From Malacoraja senta (lineage: Eukaryota), in contig CM075997.1 of NCBI GenBank assembly GCA_038087875.1, positions 1,118,001 through 1,182,000 of the forward strand: a stretch of DNA of 64,000 nt, read 5' to 3'. Position numbers and translations under genes: made by a program. Below are positions 24,768 to 36,800 of this stretch, piece after piece. The notes under the pieces were generated by a model. It saw only the letters and a list, made by a program, of their open reading frames with translations. It was not told where the DNA came from and did not search any database. Each line of letters starts with the position of its first letter. The stretch's first letter is position 1.

Positions 24768-26640
24768 CTAAAAATAAAATTGCCAGAAGTTCAGCTGTCC
24801 GCATGGAGTAGAATTTGATAAGCAGTTAAAATCCAATTGCGTGACAACTCAGTAACATAATACCTGATCTCCTTTGTTGCTGGACACTTTAACTTCCCCT
24901 CCCATTCCCACACTGACCTTTCTGTCCTGGGCCTCCTCCATTGTCAGAGTGAGGCCCAGCACAAATTGGTGGAACAGCACCTCATATTTCGCTTGGGCAG
25001 CTTACACCCCAGCGGTATGAACTTTGACCTCTAACTTCAAGTAGCCCTTGCTTTCTCTCTCTCTCTTTCTCTCCATCCCCTCCCCCTTCCTAGTTCTCCG
25101 ACTAGTCTTACCGTCTCCGACTACATTTTATCTCTGTTTGCTTTGTTGTTACCTTCTCCCAGCTAACAATGATCTATTCTACATTCTCCTTGATCCCCAT
25201 TCCCTTTGCCCTGTTTTCACACCTTCACTCTTCCTTATCTATTTATCTCCTCCCCCCCCCCCCCCGACGTCAGGAATGAAGAAGGGTCTCGACCCAAAAC
25301 GTCACCCATTCCTTCTCTGCAGAGATGCTGCCTTTCCCGCTGAGTTGCTCCAGCATTGTGCATCTACCTACAATGCATCTTGTATTAGGTCATCATTAAA
25401 GCTCATTAGGTCATGTGATAGGAGCAGAATTAGGCCATTCGGCCCATCAAGCCTACTCCGCCATTCAATCATGGCTGATCTTTCTCTCCCTCCTAACCCC
25501 ATTCTCCTGTCGTTTCCCCATAACCCGTACTAATCAAAAATCTATCTATCTCTGCCTCAAAAATATCCATTGTAATCCATTCAAAATATGGAGGTATTGG
25601 TAGGTGGCGGGACCCACGTCGCAGCGGCCTCTGCAGTCCGTCTGTCTTTTTTTATTTTTTTGTCTCGTTTGAGTGTAGTGTGTAGTGTATAGTGTTTTTT
25701 TTAAACTGGGTATGTGTGGGGGGTGGGTGGGGAAACTTTTAAAATCCTTTCCCTGTATGGAGGACCCGACCTTTCTCTGTCGGGTCTCCGTTGACGTTGG
25801 GGCCTAGCACCGTGGAGCGGCCTCCACCCGGAACGACCTGGGGCTCCAGTCGCGGAGCCTGTGGACTATTCACCGTCGTGGAGATGGCCGAGTTCGGAGC
25901 GTGGAGAGCTGTGGTGGCGCGCGGCTGTGACCCGACCCCAGGGATTCGGAGGCAGCATCTATGGAGAGAAGGAATAGGTGACGTTCCTTCTCTCCATGGA
26001 TGCTGCCTCACCCGCTGAGTTTCTCCAGCATTTTTATCTACCTTCGATTTTTCCAGCATCTGCAGTTCTTTCTTAAACATTTCTCTGTACCTTGGTACAT
26101 GTGATAATAAGGAATCACTGAACCATTTTAAATTGTATACATTTTTATACCTTGCAATGTTTTTCCTGTAATGATCTAAGTCCGCTGAACAAATTGAACA
26201 CATTTCGCAAGGCTGTTGTTCATCGACTACAGCTTGGCTTTCAACACCATTATACGCTCGCGCTTTGTGTAAAGCAACATCTGCAGTTCCTCGTATCTAA
26301 CTCATAGTCATAGAGTCTTACAGTGTGGAAACAGGCCCTTCGGCCCAACTTGCCCACACTGGCCAACATGTCCCAGCTACACTAGTCCCACCTGCCCGTG
26401 CTTGGCCCATATCCCTCCAAACCTGTCCTATCCATGTACCTGTCTAACTGTTTCTTAAACGTTGGGATAGTCCCAGCCTCATCCACCTCCTCTGGCAGCT
26501 CGTTCCATACACCCACCACCCTTTGTGTGAAAAAGTTACCCCTCAGATTCCTATTAAAGCTTTTCCCCTTCACCTTAAACCTATATCCCCTGGTCCTTGA
26601 TTCGTCTACTCTGGGCAAGAGACTCAGAACCCTATTGCTA

Positions 26641-26908
26641 AGGGCCTGTCCCACTTGGCGATTTTTTCGGCGACTGCTGGCATCATTGACTGACGTATCA
26701 GGTCACCGAAAAATACGCGGTGTGATGTGCGCGTGACGCGCCGTGATGACGAATGACGCGGCGTGATGGCGTATTGACGCGCGGTGTTTTTTCCAAGTGT
26801 CGCAACATTTTTTTTGTCGCCGCTGGATTTTGAAATGTTCAAAATCTTTTGGCGACACTGATATGACGTCGGCAGTCGCCGAAAAAATCGGCAAGTGGGA
26901 CAGGCCCT
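26641..26908. mobile_element. Harbinger-like MITE
   Basis: TIRs of about 35 bp beginning AGGGCCTGTCCCACTTG. Confidence 0.8.
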
Positions 26909-28040
26909 ATAGGATCACGTTGTTGGATAATTAGTGTACATCTGATGTTCTCCCCTTATGTGCTCTCTGAACTACAGATGACATGGGCTTCAGTATAGAA
27001 TAAATACTGGAACATGTCCTTGGAAGGCTGCATAAGCTGTTTAAAACACACAGCTAAATCCTTATTAAATCCCCCTGTTAGTCAGGACTCCCCGAAGTTA
27101 CCAGTGAGTTCTTGTTTCCTGCTGTTTTCCCATATTCATGCTGTTAACCACATCCCAATGTCTGCTCGCTTCTTGGCTTTGTGCTACAAATGAGACGTTA
27201 CACTCACTCACAGTGACTCAGACCTGTCATTTTCACCAGGTGGGATTTTAAACTCTTTATGCTGATCCATTGAAATACACATTTTTCACCTTGCATGTTG
27301 TGTGCAGGAACTAGGAAGGAACTGCAGACGCTGGTTTAAGACGCAAAAAGCTGGAGTAACTCAGCGGGACAGGCAACATCTCTGGAGAGAAGGAATGGGT
27401 GACGTTTCGGTTCGAGACCCTTCTTCATAAGGAAGAAGAAGGGTCTCGACCCGAAACGTCACCCATTACTTCTCTCCAGAGACGTTGCCTGTCCTGCTGA
27501 GTTACTGCAGCTTCTTGTGTCCATCTTGCAAGTTCCCCGATTAGCTCCAAGTCACACAATTCATATTGTGTTATTACTGACAACGGCTAATAACTAATAA
27601 CTTCACAAGTTCATAAGCTATAGGAGCAGAATTAGGCCATTTGGCCCATCAAGTCTACTCCACCATTCGGCACGGTGGCGCAGCGGTAGAGTTGCTGCCT
27701 TACAGCGCCAGTGACTGGGGTTAAATCCTGACCATGGCTGCTGTCTCTTGGGACTTTCCCAGTGACCGCGGGTGCTTCATCCCACACAGCAGGTTTGTAG
27801 GTTCATTTTGTAAGCTTGGGTAAAGATTGTAAACTGAAATGAGTGTATAGGATAGTGCTAGAGTGTGCGGGGATCGCTGGTCGGCGCGGACTCGGTGGGC
27901 CGAAAGGGCCTGTTTCCACTGTGTATCTCTGAACTAAATTGAACACCCCACCCTTACCCCTCCCCCGTCTCCGCTCACTCTGTACTGAGCTGAGACACCA
28001 GATACAGAGAGCTTCCCAGTGCAGGCCTGGCCCAGTGTTA

Positions 28041-28240
28041 NNNNNNNNNNNNNNNNNNNNNNNNNNNNNNNNNNNNNNNNNNNNNNNNNNNNNNNNNNNN
28101 NNNNNNNNNNNNNNNNNNNNNNNNNNNNNNNNNNNNNNNNNNNNNNNNNNNNNNNNNNNNNNNNNNNNNNNNNNNNNNNNNNNNNNNNNNNNNNNNNNNN
28201 NNNNNNNNNNNNNNNNNNNNNNNNNNNNNNNNNNNNNNNN
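28041..28240. other. Assembly gap (exactly 200 N, placeholder size)
   Basis: N run; genes on both sides are truncated toward it. Confidence 0.99.
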
Positions 28241-28821
28241 ACTTCAGTGTGGAGCATTTCCAACTTTCTCCTCCCTACCCCATCAGTCTGAGGAAGGGGC
28301 CCATTCCCTACACAGATGCTGCCTGACCCGCTGAATTCCTCAAGAAGGAAGTGGGAGCTTTTGGAGCACAAAACTGGCATGGACCATGTGGGCCGAATGG
28401 CCTGTTTCTGCAATACAAAACTCTGCAACCCCTTACTCCGCTTTTGCCACCTCATTCAGTTTCTTTTTCCTTTTTTTTTCTTTTTTTAATTTCTTTTTAT
28501 TAGAAGCCGTGTACAAAAGTATAAACCGCGGCATATGACATAATGCATTTATTGTACAGCTTCAATTTTGATTTTTAGCTAAAGATGAGAAAGAAGAAGA
28601 GAGGAAAAGCAAGAGAGAGAGAGAGAAAGTGAATGTGCAAGAATAGAACCCCTAGGCTGCCAAATTGGTGAAGCCGAAGAGTGAGTACGTGAGAAAGAAA
28701 TAAGAAAAACGTAAAGAAATAAAAAGACAAAAACAGAAAGAAAAACAAAAAAGTGATGATATACCTTCTTCATATCTCTCCCCACCCATACCTCGTTCAG
28801 TTTCTAACTTTTCGAAGTTTC

Positions 28822-29268
28822 GAAGAAAGACTGGATAGACTCGGCTTGTACTCGCTAGAATTTAGGAGATTGAGGGGGGATCTTATAGAAACTTACAAAA
28901 TTCTTAAGGGTTTGGACAGGTTAGATGCAGGAAGATTGTTCCCGATGTTGGGGAAGTCCAATACAAGGGGTCACAGTTTGAGGATAAGGGGGGAAATCCT
29001 TTAGGACCGAGATGAGAAAAACTTTTTTCGCACAGAGAGTGGTGAATCTCTGGAACTCTCTGCCACAGAAGTAGTTGAGGCCAGTTCATTGGCTATATTT
29101 AAGAGGGAGTTAGATGTGGCCCTTGTGGCTAAAGGGATCAGGGGGTATGGAGAGAAGGCAGGTACGGGATACTGAGTTGGATGATCAGCCATGATCATAT
29201 TGAATGGCGGTGCAGGCTCGAAGGGCCGAATGGCCTACTCATGCACCTATTTTCTATGTTTCTATGTT
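28822..29268 (+). mobile_element. CR1-like LINE 3' fragment
   Basis: LDRLGLYSLEFRRLRGDLIETYK peptide; (TTTCTATG)n tail. Confidence 0.85.
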
Positions 29269-29686
29269 TCTTAATACCCAAGTGCCATATGTTGGCTCCA
29301 TCCAAGACCGCAAGAAATGGCAGAGAGTTGTGGACTTAAGGCCACGAGTGGAACCATCCTCTCCAAGTCCACTCTATCCAGGCCTTGTATTTATTTGTGA
29401 GAAACAACTGCAGATGCTGGATAAAATCGAAGGTTGTGTGGTCAGCCACGCGTGGTGCGAACCCTCGGCTCTAGGGGTTGGGGCTGGCGGTTGGAATTCA
29501 AAGGGGGCAGTTGGAATTCGAAGGATTGGCGGTTGGAGTTGGAGTGGAACTGAGTGTGGTTTGGGGAGCTGTTGAGTGCTGGACGGGTAAAGAAAACTTT
29601 GCTTGACAAGTAGGCACAAAATGCTGGAGTAACTCAGCGGGTGAGGCAGCATCTATGGAGAGAAGGAATGGGTGACGTTTCGGGAA

Positions 29687-29726
<40 letters not shown>

Positions 29727-30594
29727 CGGGGCGGGGCGGGTGTGTGTGTTTGTGGGTGTCAGATTTGGCCTTTGATTCCTTGGTCCGCCAAAACCACACG
29801 CAGAAACTCCGAGATTTTTTCCATTTCGCTAGACATTACACTTTTACATCCCCGAAAACGTCGCCATTCCTTCTCTCCATAGATGCTGCCTCACCCGCTG
29901 AGTTACTCCAGAATTTTGTGTCCACCTTACTGTTATTATTTGGTACGTTTCAATGAGGTCCCTCCCCATCCATCTAAACACCAGCGAGTATAAACCAGCA
30001 TCTGCAGTCTTGTCCTCTGGACCCTCGATGGAGAAGACCCAAGTGTTTGTGGAGGACGGAACTGTAGATGCTGGTTTAAACTGAATTCAAATCTCACTGT
30101 ACCAATTGGTGAATGTGATAATAAATGTCTCTTGAAGTCTTGATCGAACTCTTGAAGATTGTCACAGAGAACTGGAGAAAAATGAATAGGTGACCCTTCA
30201 GACTGAAGAAGGGTCTCAACCCGAAACGTCACCCATTCCTTCTCTCCAGAGATGCTGCCTGTCCCGCCGAGTTACTCCAGCTTTTTGTGTCCCACTTCAG
30301 AGACCCCTCTCACATTCCCCATACAACTCTGGGTCAACCCACCATCTGTGAATAGCTGTTCAAGAAGGAACTGCAGATGCTAGAAAATCAATGGTAGACA
30401 AAATTGCTGGAGGAACTCAGCGGGTGCGGCAGCATCTATGGAGCGAAGGAAATAGGCAACGTTTCGGGCATCTGTGATTAGCTCTTCTTCTCATGATTTC
30501 TCCACCCACCCCGAGCATAATAAGTGGAAACAGGACACTAAATGCTGGAGCAACTGCGGCATCCGTGGTTTGGACCCTCGTGTTTGTTCCGTAC

Positions 30595-30831
30595 CTTCTC
30601 TCCGTCCATGAGGACTCGCTCGCCCAGCTTGAGGCCCAGGGAGGTGAGCATCAGGTTGCCGGGGGATATTGTCGTAGTTGGGCAGGGTGACCTTGGGCAG
30701 GTTGCAACTGAGGGGCACCGCGTCCAACAGCAACTGCTTCAGCTCCTTGGCCACCATGGCGGCCTCCGCCTTGTCCAGGCTCATGTCCATCGGGTCCGGC
30801 ACCACATCAGCGGAACTTGTCCCTTCCGGTT
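30595..30831 (-). CDS. CLIP3: CLIP3 coding exon 6 (-1 and +1 indels)
   Basis: NRKGQV/ADVVPDPMDMSLDKAEAAMVAKELKQLLLDAVPLSCNLPKVTLPNYDNIP/GNLMLTSLGLKLGERVLMDGEK; 237 bp. Confidence 0.92.
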
Positions 30832-33800
30832 CTGTCAGATGGCAAAGGAGAAATATTGAAGAGGAGGCAATGTGTCTCTGAATGAATGAAGGAAGGAATG
30901 AATGAATGAAGGAAGGAATGAATGAATGAAGGAAGGAATGACGGAATGATTGAATTATTGAATGAATGAAGGAATGAATGAAAAGAAAGAATGAAGGAAT
31001 GAATGAATTATTGAATGAATGCTTTATTGGACTATAGATTTAGGCAAGGGTGGCACGGTGGCGCATCGGTAGAGTTGCTGCCCTCACAGCGCCAGAGACC
31101 CAGGTTCGATCCTGACCTCAGGTGCTGTCTGTACGGATTTTGTCCAATCTCCCTGTGGACCTGCGTGGGTTTTCTCCGGGTGCTCCGGTTTCCTCCCCAC
31201 ACGCCAAAGACGTGCAGGTTTATCGGTTAATTGGCGAGGGGGCAAAAGTTAAATCGTCCCCAGGGCGTAGGATAGCACTAGTTAAGGTTATGGGGTGAGG
31301 GTCGGTCAGCGCGGGACCCGGTGGCCAAAGTACCTGTTTCAGCGCTGTATCTCTGACGCCTAATGACGGAGATGTCAGTTGGAGTGGGGAGAGTGGGCGT
31401 GGCTCTCAGTGAGAGGGGGGGAGGGAGGAGCCGTCTGTGGGAGAGGCAAGTGGGCGGGGCTATGTGGGAGGGGTGGGAGGGGCTCTGTGGGGGAGTGGGA
31501 GTGGGGAGAGTGGGCGGGGCTCAGTGGGAGGGGGAGAGTGGGCGGGGCTGTCTGTAGGGGGGGGGCTGTGGGGGGGTGGGGGGGGCTCTTAGTGGAGGGA
31601 GCTGTCCACAGGAGGGGGAGAGTGGGCGGGGCTCTGTGGGGGGGAGTGGGAGGAGAGTGGGAGGAGCCCTGTGGGAGGGGGGAGTGGGCGGGGCTCAGTG
31701 GGGGGGCTCAGTGGGGGGGAGTGGGCGGGGCTCTTAGTGGGGGGGGGCACCCACAGATGGGGGAGAGTGGGCGGGGCTCTGTCGAGGGGAGTGGGAGGAG
31801 CCCTGTGGGAGGGGGGGAGTGGGCGGGGCTGTCAGTGGGGGGGCTCAGTGGGGGGGAGTGGGCGGGGCTCTTAGTGGGGGGGCGCCCACAGGAGGGGAGT
31901 GGGCGGGGCTCTGTGGGAGGGGTGGGAGGGGTGGGAGGGGCTCTCTGTGTGGGGGAGTGGGAGGGGGGAGAGTGGGAGGAGCCATCCGAGGGAGGGGGGC
32001 GAGCGGGGCACTGAGAACTTTGGGCTGCAGTGTTCGGCCACGGAGAGCTGCAACGACGTTTTGAACGGCCGACACGCGCGTCCCGTGTGGCGTGTCGCGT
32101 GTCCGTGACTCACGCGGAGGGCAGGGTTGGCCCCGTGCTCCAGGAGACACTTGACCGCCCCCAGGCAGAGGTTGGAGGCGGCGATGTGCAGAGCAGTCCC
32201 GTGGTTGAAGTCGTTGCAGGTCGAGTTGAGCACTGCGAACACAAAGAGGGTGAGAGGTCATGCGCGGACCTGACCTCCAGTAACCCCTCACCGACACCGC
32301 GCCGTGACCCTCAACAAGGGTCACAGCCCATACACCAGCCCACGGACAACATATGATGAGCATTTAACAGCACTGGGCCTGTACTCGCTACAGTTTAGAA
32401 GGATGAGGGGGAAACTCATTGAAACGTATCGAATTGTGAAAGGCCTGGAGAGAGTGGATGTGGAGAGGATGTTTCCACTAGTGGGAGGTCACAGCCTCAG
32501 AATAGGAAGGAGATGAGGAGGAATTTCTTTCAGAAGGAACTGCAGATGCTGGAAAATCGAAGGTAGACAAAAGTGCTGGAGAAACCTCAGCGGGTGCAGC
32601 AGCATCTATGGAGCTAAGGAAATAGGCAACGTTTCGGGCCGAAACCCTTCGGGTTTCGGCCCGAAACGTTGCCTATTTCCTTCAGGGTTTCGTCCCGAAA
32701 CGTTGCCTATTTCCTTCGCTCCATAGATGCTGCTGCACCCGCTGAGTTTCTCCAACACTTTTGTCTACCGAGGAATTTCTTTAGTCAGAGGGTGGTGAAT
32801 CTGTGGAATTCATTGCCACATGAGGCTGTGGAGACCAAACTAAGACTAACACAGTCCCTGCCCAGCGACGGCTGCAGCCCATCAGTGTGAGGTCCCAGCC
32901 AAGCCGACCTACCTTTGGGTTTGTGAGCCTTGAGCAAGATGCGTGTAATCTCGGGCACGTCGAAGTACGCCGCGTAGTGCAGGGCGTTCATGTTGGTCCA
33001 TCTGCTGCGGAGCCCGACGTCGGCCCCCAGGGCGATGAGCTGGTTGCAGAGTCGAGCCGCCGCCGCTGGGTCCCCTAGACCGGGCGCAGACAGCTGGTAA
33101 CCACACGGACCCTCACCCACACCCCCGCCAACCACGCACTCTCGCACGGCACGGCACGCCCGCATTCTTGCCGGCCTCTCTGGAACAGCTCCACCCCCGA
33201 TATTCCAGCAACTGTTGGACCGCCGGCACCTCCTCTAATCCAGACAACGTTACAAGCGCGCACGTGAAATCCCCCACGCCCCCCCCCCCCCGGAATTTGC
33301 CCCCCTTGTGGCCGGGGCTCTGGAATTCCAGCCCCGGCAGACTGGATAGACTCGGCTTGTACTCGCTAGAATTTAGAAGATTGAGGGGGAATCTTATAGA
33401 AACTTACAAATTTCTTAAGGGGTTGGACAGGCTAGATGCAGGAAGATTGTTCCCGATGTTGGGGAAGTCCAGGACAAGGGGTCACAGTTATGGATTAAGG
33501 GGGAAATCCTTTAGGCCCGAGATGAGAAAAACATTTTTCACACAGAGAGCGGTGAATCTCTGGAACTCTCTGCCACAGAAGGTAGTTGAGGCCAGTTCAT
33601 TGGCTATATTTAAGAGGGAGTTAGATGTGGCCCTTGTCGCTAAAGGGATCAGGGGGTATGGAGAGAAGGCAGGTACGGGATACTGAGTTGGATGATCAGC
33701 CATGATCATATTGAATGGCAGTGCAGGCTCGAAGGGCCGAATGGCCCTTCTCCTGCACCTATTTTCTATGTTTCTATGTTCCCAAACCCGACTTCCAAGG

Positions 33801-36800
33801 CCGACGTTTCGAGCCGGTGTCTAGGCGGACCGGGCCTAGTACTGTTAGACTCCTCTTGGAGGCCGTGACAGTCAGAACGTTTTACCCCTGGGGGGGGGGG
33901 GGGGGGGAAATGTCAAAGACTAAAGGTCACCCGCCCCCACTCTCCCCCCCTCCACTTACCCACTCCGTGCGCCCCAGCCTTGCAGCGTAATGCAACAGTG
34001 TCATGTCCGTCAGCCCGTCGCGATCATTCACGTGGCAGCCTCGCTTCAGATCTGGAGTGGCGACAAAGGTGAAACAAGACGAGATATTGTCAGTGACGCT
34101 GTGCAAATGGAGAGCGGTTTTAGTTTAGTTTTGGAGATGCAGCGCGGGAACAGGCCCTTCGGCCCACCGGGCCTGCGATCCCCGCGCACTCAAGGGCCTG
34201 TCCCACTTGGGTGACATTTTCGGCGACAGCCTGATAAGAGGTGGTCGGGGCGTGACGCGGGGGGTGACGCAGGTAGTGACGCACGGCGTCTCCCTGTCGC
34301 CCCTGAATGTTCAAAATCTTCAGGCGACATCTGGGTGTCCTATCATGTGGTGCGCCCTGTCACACGCTGTCCTGCGGGTCACGCCCGGTGACGCGGGTAT
34401 ATAAAGCGCCGACGTATCCATTAAAAAGTTATTGGTCCTTAGATTTATTATAGATCAGTTCATTTCCAATGTGATTATTATACTTTGGTGCAACCTTCTT
34501 GCGTTGTGAAGGCGGGTGACGCAGAGTGTCGTAGCTTGACGTGACGGTGACGCAGACTGTCGTACAACTTGACGGTTTTAGGGCGTCAGTCACTGATGTT
34601 CGCAGTTGCTGAAAAAAATCGCAAAACTTACACCATCCCACACACACTGGGGACAATTCACAATATGACCAAAGCCAATCAGCCTACAAACCTGTATGTT
34701 TTTGGAGTGTGGGAGGAAACCGGAGATCCCGGGAGAAAACCCACGTGGTCACGGGGAGAACGTAAAAACTCGGTACAGACAGCACCCGTAGTCAGGATCG
34801 AACCCGGGTCTCTGGTGCTGTGAGGGCAGCTACTCTACCGCTGCGCCACCGTGTCGCCCCAAGTGTTTAGAGCGGTGGGAATATCCAAATGGTGGAGGTT
34901 AGACTGGGAGGTGCTCACCGCCCCCACCATGGAAGGAGTCTACAGGGGGCTCGGCCTCCTAATCTGCCCAACCTCTGCCCGATAGTTCAGGCCCTCGAGT
35001 CCCGGCAACACCTTGTAAACCGTCCCTGCACTCATTCCAGCTTAAATGGCAGCAGTGAGATGAGAGTGTGGCCAGGGTGATGGGTCTTTGATATTGGCTG
35101 TCACCTCCAGTGGATAGACACAAAATGATGGAGTAACTCAGTGGGTCAGGAAGCATCTCTGGAGAAAGGAACAGGTGATGGAACAGGTTTAAGAATAAGG
35201 GGTAAGCCATTTAGAACGGAGACGAGGAAACACTTTTTCTCACAGAGAGTTGTGAGTCTGTGGAATTCTCTGCCTCAGAGGGCGGTGGAGGCAGGTTCTC
35301 TGGATGCTTTCAAGAGAGAGCTAGATAGGGCTCCTAAAGATAGCGGAGTCAGGGGATATGGGGAGAAGGCAGGAACGGGGTACTGATTGGGGATGATCAG
35401 CCCATGATCACATTGAATGGCGGTGCTGGCGCGAAGGGCCGAATGTCCTACTCCTGCACCTATTGTCTATTGTCTATTGTGATGTTTCCAATTGAGACCC
35501 TTCTTCAGATCTTGGTTGCCTTGTTTGATATTGTCGTGGGTCTTGATATTGGCTACCATCTGCATGAGGCAGAGGCTGGTATAGATGGCAGCTAATGTCA
35601 AAGACCAACACCACCATAGCTACCCTCTCATCACGCTGTCACCATTGAAGCCGGTTCAAGATTTACAAGGTACATTACGAGGATGTCGCCAGGACTCAAG
35701 GGCCTGAGGTAGTGGGGAGCTATATGTTGGGCAGGCTAGGACTTTATTCCCTAGAGCGCAGGAGGCTGAGAGGCGATCTTATTGGCGTGGAAGATGATCA
35801 GGGGGTTAGCTCAGGACCGCTCTATAGAGGGTGGTTCAGTTGCCTGATAATAGCTGAATCTGGAGTAGTGGGTTTTCACACTTCTGTATCTCTTGCCTGA
35901 CTGGATAGGGGATCAAGAGACTCATCCTTGGTGATGCCGGCAGCCTTACCAAGGCGGAGTGAGGTGCAGGTGGAGTCAATGAAAGGGAGATAGACACAAA
36001 ATGCTGGAGTAACTCAGCAGGTGGAGAAAAGGAATGGGCGACGTTTTGGGTTGAGACCCTTCCTCAGACTTAGAGTTGGTGTGTGATGGTCTGAGCTGCG
36101 TCCACAATTCTGAAAGCCAGCAGTGTAAAATCAATAGTAGACACAAAATGCTAGAGTAACTCAGCGGTTCGGGCAGCATCTCTGGAGAGAAGGAATTACC
36201 GACGTTTCGGGTCGAGACCCTTCTTCAGGACTGATGAAGGGGGAGGGGGCGGGACAAAGATAGAATGTAGGCGGAGATAGTAGACTGGTGGGAGAACTGG
36301 GAAGGGGGAGGGGATGGAGAGAGAGAGGGGAAAGCAAGGGCCATCTGAAGTTATAGAAGTCAATGTTCATACGCTGGGGTGTAAACTACCCAAACGAAAT
36401 ATGGTGTTGTTCCTCCAATTTGTGCTGGGGCCTCACTCTGACAATGGAGGAGGCCCAGGACAGAAAGGTCAGGTTGGGAATGGGAGGGGGAGTTGAAGTG
36501 CTGAGCCACCGGGAGATCAGCTTGGTTAAGACGGACAGAGCGGAGGTGTTCAGCGAAACGATCGCCGAGCCTGCGCTTGGGCTCGCCGATGTAGAGAAGT
36601 TGACACCTGGAACAGCAGATACAGTAGATGAGGTTAGAGGAGGTGCAAGTGAACCTCTGCCTCACCTGGAAAGACGGCTTGGGTCCTTGGATGGAGTCGA
36701 GGGGGGGAAGGGGGGGTAAAATCAGTCACTGATGCACAGCTAGGCTTGGATTACTGAGTAATGCAGCCTGTGTATCACGCGGATATACCTCTCCAAATCA

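Noticed and set aside
27960..28040. Possible exon beside the gap (TLGQACTGKLSVSGVSAQYR then GTGAG)
   Set aside because: Matches neither CYP2 exon 7 nor recalled CLIP3 sequence, and is too short to support.
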